64,000 nt of DNA from an uncultured Acidobacteriota bacterium (GCA_963700145.1 OY969474.1:2976001-3040000), one strand, 5' to 3'; shown: positions 47,924-57,848, counted from the first letter of the stretch. The notes: generated by a model not told the origin, from the sequence alone. Translations and numbers: made by a program.

Positions 47924-50900
47924 GCGCGGCGCCCCCCGACCCGGGCACCGATCCCGGCTCCGCCGGCGGCGCCACCCGCACCAGTAGCGACGGCCCGCGC
48001 CGCCTCGCCCCCGGCACGCTGCTGGCCGGCCGCTACCGCATCCTCGAGCTGGTCGGCGTCGGCGGGATGGGCGTCGTCTACCGCGCCCTCGACGAGCAGC
48101 TCGGCGTCGAGGTGGCGGTCAAGACGCTGCGCGGCGAGCTGGCGCCCGACGAGGCGCTCCTCGACCGCTTCCGCAAGGAGCTGATCCTCGCCCGCCAAGT
48201 CAGCCATCGCAACGTCGTCCGCATCCACGACATCGGCCACGACGGGCCGCTCCACTTCCTGAGCATGGACTTCGTGCCCGGGCGCTCGCTGCGCGAGGTG
48301 CTCGAGCAGGAGGGGCCGATGCCGCCGGAGCGGGCGCTGGCGATCGGCCGCCAGCTCGCCGAGGCGCTCGACACCGCCCACCGCGAAGGCGTGGTGCACC
48401 GCGACCTCAAGCCCGCCAACGTCCTGATCGGCGACGGCGACCGCGCCTACGTCACCGACTTCGGCGTCGCCCGCTCGCTGCGCTCGGCCGGGCTCACTCG
48501 CCCAGGCTCGGTCATCGGCACTCTCGACTACCTCTCGCCCGAGCAGGCCAAGGGGGAGGAGGTGGACGGCCGGAGCGACCTCTACGCCCTGGGGCTCCTC
48601 CTCTTTGAGATGCTCTCCGGCAAGCTCCCCTTCGCCGGCGGCACCGACACCGAGGTCCTGGCGCAGCGGCTGGCGGCGCAGCCGCGCGACCTGACCGAGC
48701 TGGGGGTCGCCGCGCCGCGCGGCCTGCGCGCCGTCCTCAAGCGCCTCCTCGCCCGCGACCCGGCCGACCGCTACCAGACCGCGGGCGAGCTGCTCGCCGA
48801 TCTCGACCGCGGGATCACCGGGCTCCGGCCGGCGCTCCGCTTGCCGCGCCGCGGCCGCTGGGCCGCCGCCGCGGCGCTCGTCCTCGTCGCCCTCGCCGCC
48901 GCCGGCTGGCTCGCCTGGCGGCGCGGCCTCGACCGCCCGGACGGCGCCCCCGCAGCGACCGCCGCCTCCCCCGCCAAGCCGCGCCACGCCGTCGCCGTCC
49001 TCCCCCTCGCCGACCAGACCGGCCGCCCGGACCTTGCCTGGGCCGGCACCGGCCTGGCCGAGATGCTCGCGGCCGCCCTCGCCGAGAGCCCCGAGCTGCG
49101 CGTCGTCGACAGCGCGCGCGTTCTTTCCACGTTGGCCGACCTCAAGCTCCCCGCCGGCCCGCTCCCCGCCGCCCAGCTCCGCCAGCTCGCCGACCTCCTC
49201 GACGCCGACCGCCTGGTGACCGGGAGCCTGCGCGCCGTCGGCGGCCGGGTGCGCGCCGACCTCCGGCTCGTCGCCGCCGACCTTCCCGACCTCCCGTCCG
49301 AGCAGGTCGCCGCCGAGCGCGGCCGCGCCGAGGAGGTGCTCGACCTGGTCGCCGAGCTAGGCCGGGCGTTGCGCGCGCGCTTGACCGTCGAGCCGGTCCC
49401 CGAAGCCTCGGAGGTGGCCTCCGCGGTGCCGGCCGCGGCCGCCGCCTACGCCGAAGGGGTCGGGCACCTCTTGCGCGGCGAGCCGCTCAAGGCGGCGCCG
49501 GTGCTGGAGCGCGCGACGGCGGCCGACCCCGCCTTCGCGGCCGCCTGGGTGCGCCTCGCCCACACGCAGCAGGCGCTCGGCCACGACGACCGTGCCCTCG
49601 CGGCCGTGCGCCAGGCGCTCGGGCGGCTCCAGGGGTCGCGCAGCCGCCTGGCCTCCGAGGCGCGGGCGCTGGAGGCGCGCATGGCCGGCGATCCGGAGCG
49701 CGCCCGGCGCCTGCAGGAGGAGCTGGTCGCGCGCTACCCGAACGACCTCGAGGCGCGCGTCGCGCTCGCCGAGGCGCGGGCCGAGGAGGGGGAGCTGGCG
49801 CCGGCGGCCGCCGAGCTGCGGCGCGTCGTCGCCCTCGACCCCGACCATCCGCGCGCCTGGTACCTGCTCGGCAAGTACTCGATCATGACCGGCCAGAGCC
49901 GCGCCGCCGTGGACGACCACCTCGTGCACGCGATGGTCATCCAGAACCGGCTCGGCAACGAGCAGGGGAAAGCCGAGGTGCTCAACGCGCTCGGCGCCGC
50001 CTACAACGAGCTCGGCGACCACGAGGCCGCCCTCCGCCACTACCAGCAGGCGGCCGAGCTGCGGAAGAAGATCGGCGACGACCGCGGCTACGCCATCACC
50101 CTGCGCAACTTGGCCGACATCTACACCGTGCGCGGCGAGGGCGCCAAGGCCGAGGAGCTGCTCGGCGAGGGGCTCGCCATCCTCGAGCGGATCGGCGACC
50201 GCACCGGCATCGCCGACCTGCACAACGCCTTCGGCGTCCTGGCCGAGGAGCGCGGTGACCCGCAAGAGGCGCTCGACCACTACCGCCGCGCCCTCCAGGA
50301 GCGCAAGGCCCTGGGCGAGCGGCTGGGCCTCGCCCAGAGCCTCAACAACGTCGGCTTCGCCTACTACCTGCTCGGCCAGTACGACAACGCGATGGTCTAC
50401 TGGCGGCAGGCGCTCGACCTCTACCGCCAGGCCGGCGACGCCACCGGCGTCGTCTTCGCCACCCAGAGCGTCGGCCTGCTCGAGTTGGCGCAGGGCGAGT
50501 GGCCGCGCGCCACCCGCTCCTTCCTTTCGGCGCTCGAGAAGAGCCGCGAGCTCGACATGCAGGACACGACCGCGGTCTCCCTCGGGCACCTCGGGCGGCT
50601 CGCCCATCTCCAGGGGCGCTTCGCCGCCGCCCTCGCCAACTACCGCGAGGCGCTCGCCGTCTGCCAGGCGCTCGAGGACCGGCGCGGCTTGGCCGAGTTC
50701 ACCCTCGCCGAAGCCGAGGTCTACCTCGACCTCGGCGCCCCCGGCGAGGCCGCCCGCCGCCTCGACGCGGCGGCGCGCTGGATCGACGAGGAGGGCGGCA
50801 ACCGCGAGCAGCGCGCCGAGCTGCTGCGGCTGCGCGGCGAGCGGGCGCTCGCCGCCGGCGACGCGGCCGGCGCCCGCCGCGACCTCGCCGCCGCCGTCGC

Positions 50901-51351
50901 GGAGGCGCGCGCCAGCCACAGCGTCGTCGGGCTCCTCCAGGCCCGCCTCGCCGCGGCGCGGGCGGCGGGGGCGGCCGGCGCCCGCGAGCTGGCGGCCGTC
51001 AAGGACGAAGCCGACCTCCTCGGCCACGCCGCGCTGCGCTTGGCCGCCGCCGAGGCACTTGCTGACGCGACCCTCGCGGCAGGCGACGCCGCCCGCGCCG
51101 AAAGCCTGGCGCGCGGGGCGCTAGGGATCGTCGGCGAGGGCGGCTACGCCGGCGAGCACCGCCTCCGCCTCCTCCTCGCGCAGGCGCTCGCGAAGCAGGG
51201 GCGGGGCGCCGAGGCCGAGCGCGAGCGCCAGCTCGGCCGCGCCGAGGTCGAGCGCTTGCGCCGCGAGCTGCCGGCCGGGCAGCGCGCCGCCTTCGAACGG
51301 CTCGCCGCCGTGCGGGCGCTCGCCGGAGAGGGGGCGCGCCGTGCCGCCTAA
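47920..51351 (+). CDS. membrane Ser/Thr protein kinase with a TolB-like segment and TPR array
   Basis: GVGGMGVVY, VAVK, HRDLKPAN, DFG; TM WAAAAALVLVALAAAGWLAW; VAVLPLADQTG; many TPR repeats. Confidence 0.93.
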   Translation: MSAAPPDPGTDPGSAGGATRTSSDGPRRLAPGTLLAGRYRILELVGVGGMGVVYRALDEQLGVEVAVKTLRGELAPDEALLDRFRKELILARQVSHRNVVRIHDIGHDGPLHFLSMDFVPGRSLREVLEQEGPMPPERALAIGRQLAEALDTAHREGVVHRDLKPANVLIGDGDRAYVTDFGVARSLRSAGLTRPGSVIGTLDYLSPEQAKGEEVDGRSDLYALGLLLFEMLSGKLPFAGGTDTEVLAQRLAAQPRDLTELGVAAPRGLRAVLKRLLARDPADRYQTAGELLADLDRGITGLRPALRLPRRGRWAAAAALVLVALAAAGWLAWRRGLDRPDGAPAATAASPAKPRHAVAVLPLADQTGRPDLAWAGTGLAEMLAAALAESPELRVVDSARVLSTLADLKLPAGPLPAAQLRQLADLLDADRLVTGSLRAVGGRVRADLRLVAADLPDLPSEQVAAERGRAEEVLDLVAELGRALRARLTVEPVPEASEVASAVPAAAAAYAEGVGHLLRGEPLKAAPVLERATAADPAFAAAWVRLAHTQQALGHDDRALAAVRQALGRLQGSRSRLASEARALEARMAGDPERARRLQEELVARYPNDLEARVALAEARAEEGELAPAAAELRRVVALDPDHPRAWYLLGKYSIMTGQSRAAVDDHLVHAMVIQNRLGNEQGKAEVLNALGAAYNELGDHEAALRHYQQAAELRKKIGDDRGYAITLRNLADIYTVRGEGAKAEELLGEGLAILERIGDRTGIADLHNAFGVLAEERGDPQEALDHYRRALQERKALGERLGLAQSLNNVGFAYYLLGQYDNAMVYWRQALDLYRQAGDATGVVFATQSVGLLELAQGEWPRATRSFLSALEKSRELDMQDTTAVSLGHLGRLAHLQGRFAAALANYREALAVCQALEDRRGLAEFTLAEAEVYLDLGAPGEAARRLDAAARWIDEEGGNREQRAELLRLRGERALAAGDAAGARRDLAAAVAEARASHSVVGLLQARLAAARAAGAAGARELAAVKDEADLLGHAALRLAAAEALADATLAAGDAARAESLARGALGIVGEGGYAGEHRLRLLLAQALAKQGRGAEAERERQLGRAEVERLRRELPAGQRAAFERLAAVRALAGEGARRAA

Positions 51352-52141
51352 GGCGAGCCCGCCCGACCCGATGGCCGCCGTCGTCGAGCGGGTGCGCCGC
51401 ATCACCACTGAGAACGAGCGCGTCTTCCGCCAGTTGATCGAAGGCGAGCGGCGCTACCGCGGCCTGGCGCGCGCCGTCTGGCAGGTGCAGGAGGAGGAGC
51501 GGCGCCGCCTCGCCCGCGACCTCCACGACGGCCTCGGCCAGACCCTGACCGCGCTCAAGACCCAGCTCCAGCGGCTGGAGCAGAAAGCCGACGACCTCGA
51601 CCCCGCGCTGCGCGAGCGGCTGGCCGACTCGGTCGAGCTCGCGCGGCTCGCCCTCCAGGAGACGCGCGAGATGTCGCGCCTCCTCCGCCCGCCGGTGCTC
51701 GACGACCTCGGCCTCGTCCCCGCCCTCTCCTGGCTGGCGCGCTCGCTGGAGGAGCGGGCGGGGCTCGCGGTCGAGCTGCGGGCCGAGGGACTCGACCGCC
51801 GCCTGCCGCCCGACCTCGAGACCCTGATCTTCCGCGTCGCCCAGGAGGCGCTCACCAACGTCCTCAAGCACGCCGGCGTGTCGCGGGTGCGCGTGGCGCT
51901 CGCGCCGCGCGACGGCCGCATCGCCCTGACCGTCTCCGACCAGGGCGCCGGCTTCGACGCCGCGGCGGCGGCCGCGGTCGAGCGCCCCGGCTCCGGCCTG
52001 CGCGGCATGCGCGACCGGGTCGAGCTCTTCGGCGGCACCTTCCGCGTCGCCTCGGCGCCGGGCGAGGGGACGGAGGTCGAGGCCGAGATCCCGCTCGCCG
52101 GCGAGGGCGGCGAGGACGCGGGCGCGGAGGGCGGAGCGTGA
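51341..52141 (+). CDS. soluble HisKA_3 histidine kinase lacking a sensor domain
   Basis: ERRRLARDLHDGLGQ, QEALTNVLKHA, DQGAGF, GSGLRGMRDRV. Confidence 0.92.
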   Translation: MPPKASPPDPMAAVVERVRRITTENERVFRQLIEGERRYRGLARAVWQVQEEERRRLARDLHDGLGQTLTALKTQLQRLEQKADDLDPALRERLADSVELARLALQETREMSRLLRPPVLDDLGLVPALSWLARSLEERAGLAVELRAEGLDRRLPPDLETLIFRVAQEALTNVLKHAGVSRVRVALAPRDGRIALTVSDQGAGFDAAAAAAVERPGSGLRGMRDRVELFGGTFRVASAPGEGTEVEAEIPLAGEGGEDAGAEGGA

Positions 52142-52782
52142 GCCGCGTCCGGGTGCTGGTGGCCGACGACCACACGATCGTCCGCCAGGGGCTGGTGTCG
52201 CTGCTCAACGAGAGCGGCGAGTGCGAGGTCGTGGCCGAGGCCGCCGACGGTGTCGAGGCGCTCGAGAAGGCGCATGCCGTCCGCCCCGAGGTGGCCGTCC
52301 TCGACCTCTCGATGCCGCGCCTCTCCGGCATCGAAGTGGTCCGCCGCCTGCGCGAAGAGCTGCCGGGCGTCCGCGTCCTCGTCCTGACCGTCCACGAGGA
52401 GGAGGAGTACGTCCTGCCGATCGTGCGCGCCGGCGCCGCCGGCTACCTAGTCAAGGACAGTGCCGCCGCCGAGCTCCTCGCCGCGGTCCGCGCCCTCCGC
52501 GCCGGCCGAAGTTACTTCGGCCCGCAGGCGGCGCGCGCCCTCGCCGAGCAGCTCCAGCACCCTGCCGGCTCCCCGGAGGACCCCTACGGCACCCTCACTC
52601 CCCGCGAGCGCGAGGTCTTTCACCTAGTGATCGAAGGCAAGACGACGAAAGAGATCGCCCGCGCCCTCGGCATCAGCCTCAAGACCGCCGACAACCACCG
52701 CTCCCGCGTCCTCGCCAAGCTCAACCTCCACAACACCGCCGAGCTCGTCCGCTACGCCGCGCGGAAAGGACTGCTGCCGTAG
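52138..52782 (+). CDS. NarL/LuxR-family response regulator
   Basis: VADDH, LDLSMP, GYLVK, LTPREREV...KEIARALGISLKT. Confidence 0.95.
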   Translation: MSRVRVLVADDHTIVRQGLVSLLNESGECEVVAEAADGVEALEKAHAVRPEVAVLDLSMPRLSGIEVVRRLREELPGVRVLVLTVHEEEEYVLPIVRAGAAGYLVKDSAAAELLAAVRALRAGRSYFGPQAARALAEQLQHPAGSPEDPYGTLTPREREVFHLVIEGKTTKEIARALGISLKTADNHRSRVLAKLNLHNTAELVRYAARKGLLP

Positions 52783-52811
52783 CAGCGCCAACTCACTTAC
52801 CGGGGGGAACG

Positions 52812-54545
52812 ATGAGACACGCCACGCTGGCCCTTGTCGTGTCGTTGCTGCTGTGCGCGCCGGCCGCGGCCCAGCACCACGGGCGCTACGGCGAGACGGC
52901 CGCCGCGACCTATTCGCCCTGCAAGCCCCATGAGGATCCGTTGGTAGACGTGCAGCCGGCGGATCTCAAGTTCCACGTCACCGCGCCGCAGGAGATCCAG
53001 CACCTCATGAACCAGGGTCTGACCCTGTTCTACGCGTTCAACTACGACCACGCCTTCATCAAGTTTTCGCAGGCGGCGGCCGCGCGCGAAGGAGCCAAAG
53101 TGGCCATGACCCATTGGGGGGTCGCCCTGGCCGCCGGCGCCAACATCAACATCGGGATGGACGACACGTGCCGGGACAAGGCCATCGCGGCCATCAAAGA
53201 GGCCGTTCGGCTGGCCAAGGAACAGCAAGGCACGCCGCTGATCACGCAGCAGGAAATCGACTACATCCAGGCGTTGGAGATGCGATACCTGCACGCCGAC
53301 AAGGCGACCATCCCGCTCGACGCCGAGTACAAGGTCGCCATGGAGCGCCTGATCGGACCGAAGAAGTATCCCGACGATCCAAACGTGCTCACGCTGTACG
53401 CGGACAGCGTGATGGAGCTGAGGCCGTGGGGCCTGTACGACGTGGCGGCACGGCCGGCGATCGAGACGGAAGAGATGGTCAAAAAGCTCGAGCACGCGAT
53501 CGCCAAGCAGAAAGAGCATCTCGGGGCCAATCACTACTACATCCACGCCGTCGAGCCGTCCCTGACTCCCGAGCGAGCGCGGGACTCGGCGGACCGCTTG
53601 GCGGCGCTCTTCCCCCAAGGCGGCCACATCCAACACATGCCCGGCCACATCTACATGCGGCAGGGCTTGTACGACAAAGTCGTGGCAAACAATCTGGAAG
53701 CGATCAAAAAGGACCAGGAGTACTTGAAGGTGTGTCCGGGCCCGAAGTGCCTCGCCTTGTACACCGGCCACTACTTGAGCCACAACATCCTGTTCCTGAT
53801 CGCCGGCCACACCATGTTGGGACAGGAGGCGCCGGCGACCGGGAACGCCGACTCGCTCAGGACGGTCGCCGAGAAGTTCGTCGACGATCAGCCGGGGCTC
53901 GAGCGCTACATGACCGCCGGGATCTTCACGCGGGCCACCTTCCATCGCTGGGATCAACTCCCCACGAGGCAGCCGGCGGACAAGTATCCGTTGGCCCTGG
54001 CGGTGTGGCACTGGGGAAAGGGGATGGCGTTTGCCGGTCAGGGCAACGTCATCAACGCCGAGGGCGAGCTCACGACCTTTGCGCAGCTCGCCGGAGCGGT
54101 GAGCGGGCGGTCCTGGGGCAACAACACCGCGGACAGCCTGCTGCGGATCGCACAGCAGACCCTCAGGGCCAGGATCTCGACCGCCAAAAAGAATCTTCCC
54201 GCGGCGATCGAAGCCCTGAAGGTCGCCGTGACCCTCGAGGATGGCCTCATCTACGACGAGCCTCCCCCCTCGATCTACCCGGCGCGGCAGTCGCTAGGCG
54301 GCGCGCTGCTGGCGGACAAGCAGTACGCGGAGGCCGAGAAGTACTTCAGGCAGGACCTCGAGAAGCCGCGATTCCCGGACAACGGGCGCTCCAACTACGG
54401 GCTCGCCGTCAGCGTGAAATGCCAGGACCCAAAAAAAGACTGGCAGACTGCCTACCAGAAGTACAAGGATCTCTGGAAAGGCGCCCCGTTGACGGTCGCC
54501 GCCTTGTGGTCCGATCTCAACGAGCCGTGCGCCAAGATGCCGTAG
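52812..54545 (+). CDS. secreted TPR/helical-repeat protein with conserved His clusters
   Basis: Signal peptide; NQGLTLFYAFN, ANHYYIHAVE, GHIQHMPGHIY, HNILFL, YDEPP; lower GC than flanks. Confidence 0.8.
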   Translation: MRHATLALVVSLLLCAPAAAQHHGRYGETAAATYSPCKPHEDPLVDVQPADLKFHVTAPQEIQHLMNQGLTLFYAFNYDHAFIKFSQAAAAREGAKVAMTHWGVALAAGANINIGMDDTCRDKAIAAIKEAVRLAKEQQGTPLITQQEIDYIQALEMRYLHADKATIPLDAEYKVAMERLIGPKKYPDDPNVLTLYADSVMELRPWGLYDVAARPAIETEEMVKKLEHAIAKQKEHLGANHYYIHAVEPSLTPERARDSADRLAALFPQGGHIQHMPGHIYMRQGLYDKVVANNLEAIKKDQEYLKVCPGPKCLALYTGHYLSHNILFLIAGHTMLGQEAPATGNADSLRTVAEKFVDDQPGLERYMTAGIFTRATFHRWDQLPTRQPADKYPLALAVWHWGKGMAFAGQGNVINAEGELTTFAQLAGAVSGRSWGNNTADSLLRIAQQTLRARISTAKKNLPAAIEALKVAVTLEDGLIYDEPPPSIYPARQSLGGALLADKQYAEAEKYFRQDLEKPRFPDNGRSNYGLAVSVKCQDPKKDWQTAYQKYKDLWKGAPLTVAALWSDLNEPCAKMP

Positions 54546-54555
54546 GGGAGACGCC

Positions 54556-54828
54556 ATGTACGCCGCCGTCGTGACCTTGTCGATCGACCCGGAGCAGGCG
54601 CCGGCCGCCGCCGCCGCCTTCACCAACGACATCCTGCCGAGGATCCGCTCCGCCCCCGGCCTCGTCGCCGGCTACTGGCTCGACCCCGCCGACGACCGCG
54701 GCCTGGCCTTCGTCGTCTTCGACACCGAGGAGAACGCGCGCCAATCGACTCCCCCGACGGCCGACTGGTCCGCACCCGGCGTCACGATCCACGGGGTCGA
54801 GCTCCGGCGGGTGGCGGTCAGGGTGTAG
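54556..54828 (+). CDS. small ferredoxin-like-fold (ABM-like) protein
   Basis: RBS GGGGAG; ILPRIRSAPGLVAGYWL...FDTEENAR. Confidence 0.7.
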   Translation: MYAAVVTLSIDPEQAPAAAAAFTNDILPRIRSAPGLVAGYWLDPADDRGLAFVVFDTEENARQSTPPTADWSAPGVTIHGVELRRVAVRV

Positions 54829-54966
54829 GTAGTGCCCGCAGCCGCGGCTACCGCCGCTTGGTCCCGGACCTCGCGGGCCGGGCGGTGCGCCGCCGTCGGA
54901 GGGCCGATCTAGGTGTTGTTACCGTTCGAAACGCCTCCGAGCGCGCCAAACTGGCGTGCGAGGGCC

Positions 54967-55050
54967 GCGCAATCGAGTGCGGAGCCGCCGCAATGGATTG
55001 CGGAGCCGGCGCAATCGAATGCGGAGCCGCCGCAGGCCATTGGAGGGGCG
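54967..55050. repeat. four degenerate 21-bp tandem repeats
   Basis: gcgcaatcgagtgcggagccg / ccgcaatggattgcggagccg / gcgcaatcgaatgcggagccg / ccgcaggccattggaggggcg. Confidence 0.75.
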
Positions 55051-55140
55051 CCGGAAGGCATCACCAGGTGGAACGCGGGCGTCAGGCTGCCTTCTGGAGG
55101 GCCACCGCGAACTCCAGCGCCCGCGCTACGATCCGCGGCC

Positions 55141-57513
55141 ATGCCACCGCTCCGCCTCCGCCGTCTCCTCGCAGGCGCGCTGCTGCTGGCGCTCGCGGCG
55201 CCGCTAGCCGCGGCCGAGCCCGCGCCGGACCCGGAGGTCGCCTGGCTGCGCACCGGGGCGGTCGCCTTGCGCTCGATCGCGCCGGACGACGGCGACTTCT
55301 CGGACCTCGAGCCGCTGCGCGCCGTCCTCGCCGGCAAGCGCGTCGTCATCCTCGGCGAAGCCACCCATCGCGACGGCAACACGCTCCTGGCCAAGGCCCG
55401 CCTCATCCGCTTCCTGCACCAGGAGCTGGGCTTCGACGTGCTGGCCTTCGAGAGCGGCTTCTACGACTGCGCGAAGGCCTGGGAGCGCATCGTCGCCGGC
55501 GACGACCCGGCGCAGGCCTTCCGCGATTCCGTCTTCGCGATCTGGACGCGAAGCGCCCAGATGAAGCCGCTCATCGACTACTTCGCCGCCGCGGCGCGCT
55601 CGCCGCGGCCGCTGCAGCTAGCCGGGTTCGACTCCCAGTTCACCGGCGTGATGTCCGATCGCCACCTGCTCGCCGACCTGACGCGCGTGGCGGCGGCCGC
55701 GGGGCTGCCCGGCGAGGAGCTCGCCGCCAAGGTCTCCGCGCCGCTGGCGAACCTGGTCCTCGGGAAGTACGAGGAGGGTGAGGTGCCGCCGGAGGCCGCC
55801 CGCGCCGGGTTCGACGCGACGCTCGCCGAGCTGGCGCGCCGCCTGCGCGCGGGCGGCGACGACATCCCGGAGCGGGAGTTCTGGCTGCGCTTCGTCGAGA
55901 CCACCCGCCAGCACGGCGCCAACTCCTGGGCGACCGACTGGAGCAAGCCGCTGCTGGAGGACCCGGAGGGGTTCGCCGTGCGCGACCGCCTCATGGGCGA
56001 GCAGCTCGCCTGGCTCGCCCGCCACCGTTTCGCCGGCCGCAAGATCGTGGCCTGGGCGGCCAGCTTCCACGGCGCGCTGGAGGTGGCCAAGATCGAGGTG
56101 CCGTCGTCGCCGGTCCACGAACGCCTCTTCCGCACCTTCCAGCCGGCGGGCCTGTCGGCGCGCAAGGAGCTGGGCGACGAGCTCTACACCGTCGCAGTCC
56201 TCGCCTACCAGGGCAAGTACGGGCCGGCCCAGAAGCCGACCGAGCTGCTGCAGCCGACCGCGGGCTCGCTCGAGGACCTCTTCCACCGCACCGGCCTGCC
56301 CTACGCCTTCCTCGACCTCAGCCGCGCCGCGCGCCTCCCCCAATGGCTGCGCGACCCCACGATCGCCCGCCCCATGGGCTACAAGGAGATGCGCGCCCCC
56401 TGGGGCCGCGTCTTCGACGGGGTCCTGTTCCTCGACAAGATGGAGGTCGCCGAGAAGGCGGAGCCTCCGCCGGCTGACGACCGCACGCAGGCGTTCCTGG
56501 AGAGCACCCTCGAGACGGCGCTGCGCACGCACGGCTATCCGGCCGCCGCGGCCGCCGTGATCACCAGCCGGGACATCCACGTCGCGGCGCTCGGCACGCG
56601 CCGGGTGGACCGGCCGGACCGGGTCACACTCGACGACCGCTTCGGGCTCGGCTCCAACACCAAGGCGTTCACCGCGACGATGCTGGGTGCGTTGGTCGAG
56701 CGCAGCGTGCTGCGCTGGGAGGTGACGCTGGCCGAGGCGCTGCCCGACGTGGCGATGCGCCCGGAGTACCGGAGCGTGACGCTGCGCCAACTGCTGACCC
56801 ATCGCGCCGGCATCCCGCCGCACACCTCGGCCGAGGCGTTCGCGCGCGCCGAGTCGTTCGTCACCGCGGACCCCGTCGCCGGCCGGCGGGCGTACACGGA
56901 GGCCGTGCTCTCCGAGCCGCCGGTCAACGTTCCGGGGACGGAGACGCGCTACTCCAACGCCGACTTCTCGGTCGCTTCCTTGATCGCCGAGCGCGCGACC
57001 GGCAAGAGCTGGCGGGACCTCATCGCCGAGCACGCCTGCCGGCCGCTCGGGATCGAGCCGAGCTTCGGGGCCCCGGCCGCCACCGACCCGCACCAGCCCT
57101 GGGGGCACTCGCGCGCGTCGGGCGAGCTGACGCCGATCGACCCGACCGCGGCGCGCCGCTCGGCGATGGAGGGCGCCGGCGGGCTGAGCCTCTCGATCGA
57201 GAACTACAGCCGCTTCCTCCAGGCCCACCTCCGCGGCCTGCGCGGCGAGGACACGCCGCTGCTGCGCGCGGCGACCGTGCGCGAGCTGCACCGGCCCGAC
57301 GGCCGCTACGGCCTCGGCTGGGGAATCCAGGAGTACGCCGGGGCGACCAGCAGCGTCCACGCCGGCGGCAACGGCCAGTTCTACGCCCTGGTGGCGATCC
57401 AGCCCGCGCGCGACGTCGCCGTCGCCTTCCTGACCAACGACGGCGGCGACGATGTCGAGGCCCAGGCCTCCGCCATCCTCAAGACCCTCCTCGCCGGTCC
57501 GCCCACGGGCTAG
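55141..57513 (+). CDS. secreted fusion of an erythromycin-esterase-family domain and a serine beta-lactamase/PBP-family hydrolase
   Basis: N: LGEATH, LHQELGFDVLAFESG, RDRLM, VAWAASFH, FDGVLF; C: SNTK (SxxK), LLTHRAG, YSN, HAG. Confidence 0.88.
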   Translation: MPPLRLRRLLAGALLLALAAPLAAAEPAPDPEVAWLRTGAVALRSIAPDDGDFSDLEPLRAVLAGKRVVILGEATHRDGNTLLAKARLIRFLHQELGFDVLAFESGFYDCAKAWERIVAGDDPAQAFRDSVFAIWTRSAQMKPLIDYFAAAARSPRPLQLAGFDSQFTGVMSDRHLLADLTRVAAAAGLPGEELAAKVSAPLANLVLGKYEEGEVPPEAARAGFDATLAELARRLRAGGDDIPEREFWLRFVETTRQHGANSWATDWSKPLLEDPEGFAVRDRLMGEQLAWLARHRFAGRKIVAWAASFHGALEVAKIEVPSSPVHERLFRTFQPAGLSARKELGDELYTVAVLAYQGKYGPAQKPTELLQPTAGSLEDLFHRTGLPYAFLDLSRAARLPQWLRDPTIARPMGYKEMRAPWGRVFDGVLFLDKMEVAEKAEPPPADDRTQAFLESTLETALRTHGYPAAAAAVITSRDIHVAALGTRRVDRPDRVTLDDRFGLGSNTKAFTATMLGALVERSVLRWEVTLAEALPDVAMRPEYRSVTLRQLLTHRAGIPPHTSAEAFARAESFVTADPVAGRRAYTEAVLSEPPVNVPGTETRYSNADFSVASLIAERATGKSWRDLIAEHACRPLGIEPSFGAPAATDPHQPWGHSRASGELTPIDPTAARRSAMEGAGGLSLSIENYSRFLQAHLRGLRGEDTPLLRAATVRELHRPDGRYGLGWGIQEYAGATSSVHAGGNGQFYALVAIQPARDVAVAFLTNDGGDDVEAQASAILKTLLAGPPTG

Positions 57514-57600
57514 GGTGGGACGCTCGCCTGTCCTCAGGATGCGGTTCGGCGGCAACTACTAGGAGGAGGCACGTGGGCCGACGACCGAAGGAGAATCCCA

Positions 57601-57848
57601 ATGCCCAAGGCTCTGGTACTCGTCCTGTTGTTATGGCAGGCGCCCTTCTGTCCTTCCCGGCAAGCTTGGATGCAGAGTGCGGTGACGACCCGTGGCTCAC
57701 CTGCGACTCCAAGTGCAAGTACCACGAGGATGGATCGTATTGCCAGCCCGGCGCCTCGCCCGGAGGCTGGTGCACCTACGTCGGCGGCGCGGGCTGCATG
57801 GGCGGGGCGGGCAGGCATCCCTGCTGTCGGGGAGTAAGCCTCTTCTAG
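57601..57848 (+). pseudogene. secreted 8-Cys peptide with an apparent 1-nt frameshift in the signal peptide
   Basis: AAGGAG RBS precedes ATG 57601 (MPKALVLVLL), whereas MAGALLSFPASLDA-ECG...PCCRGVSLF* is in another frame. Confidence 0.55.

Noticed and set aside
48840-52790. C-rich patches on the plus strand (about 48840-49300 and 52440-52790; also 46000-46500)
   Set aside because: No structured element found at their centres and C-ending codons are the genome default; noted as a caveat to the skew finding.
54913-55140. N-terminal extension of the Ere/beta-lactamase ORF
   Set aside because: Runs through the 21-bp repeats; the signal peptide and -10 box point to ATG 55141.
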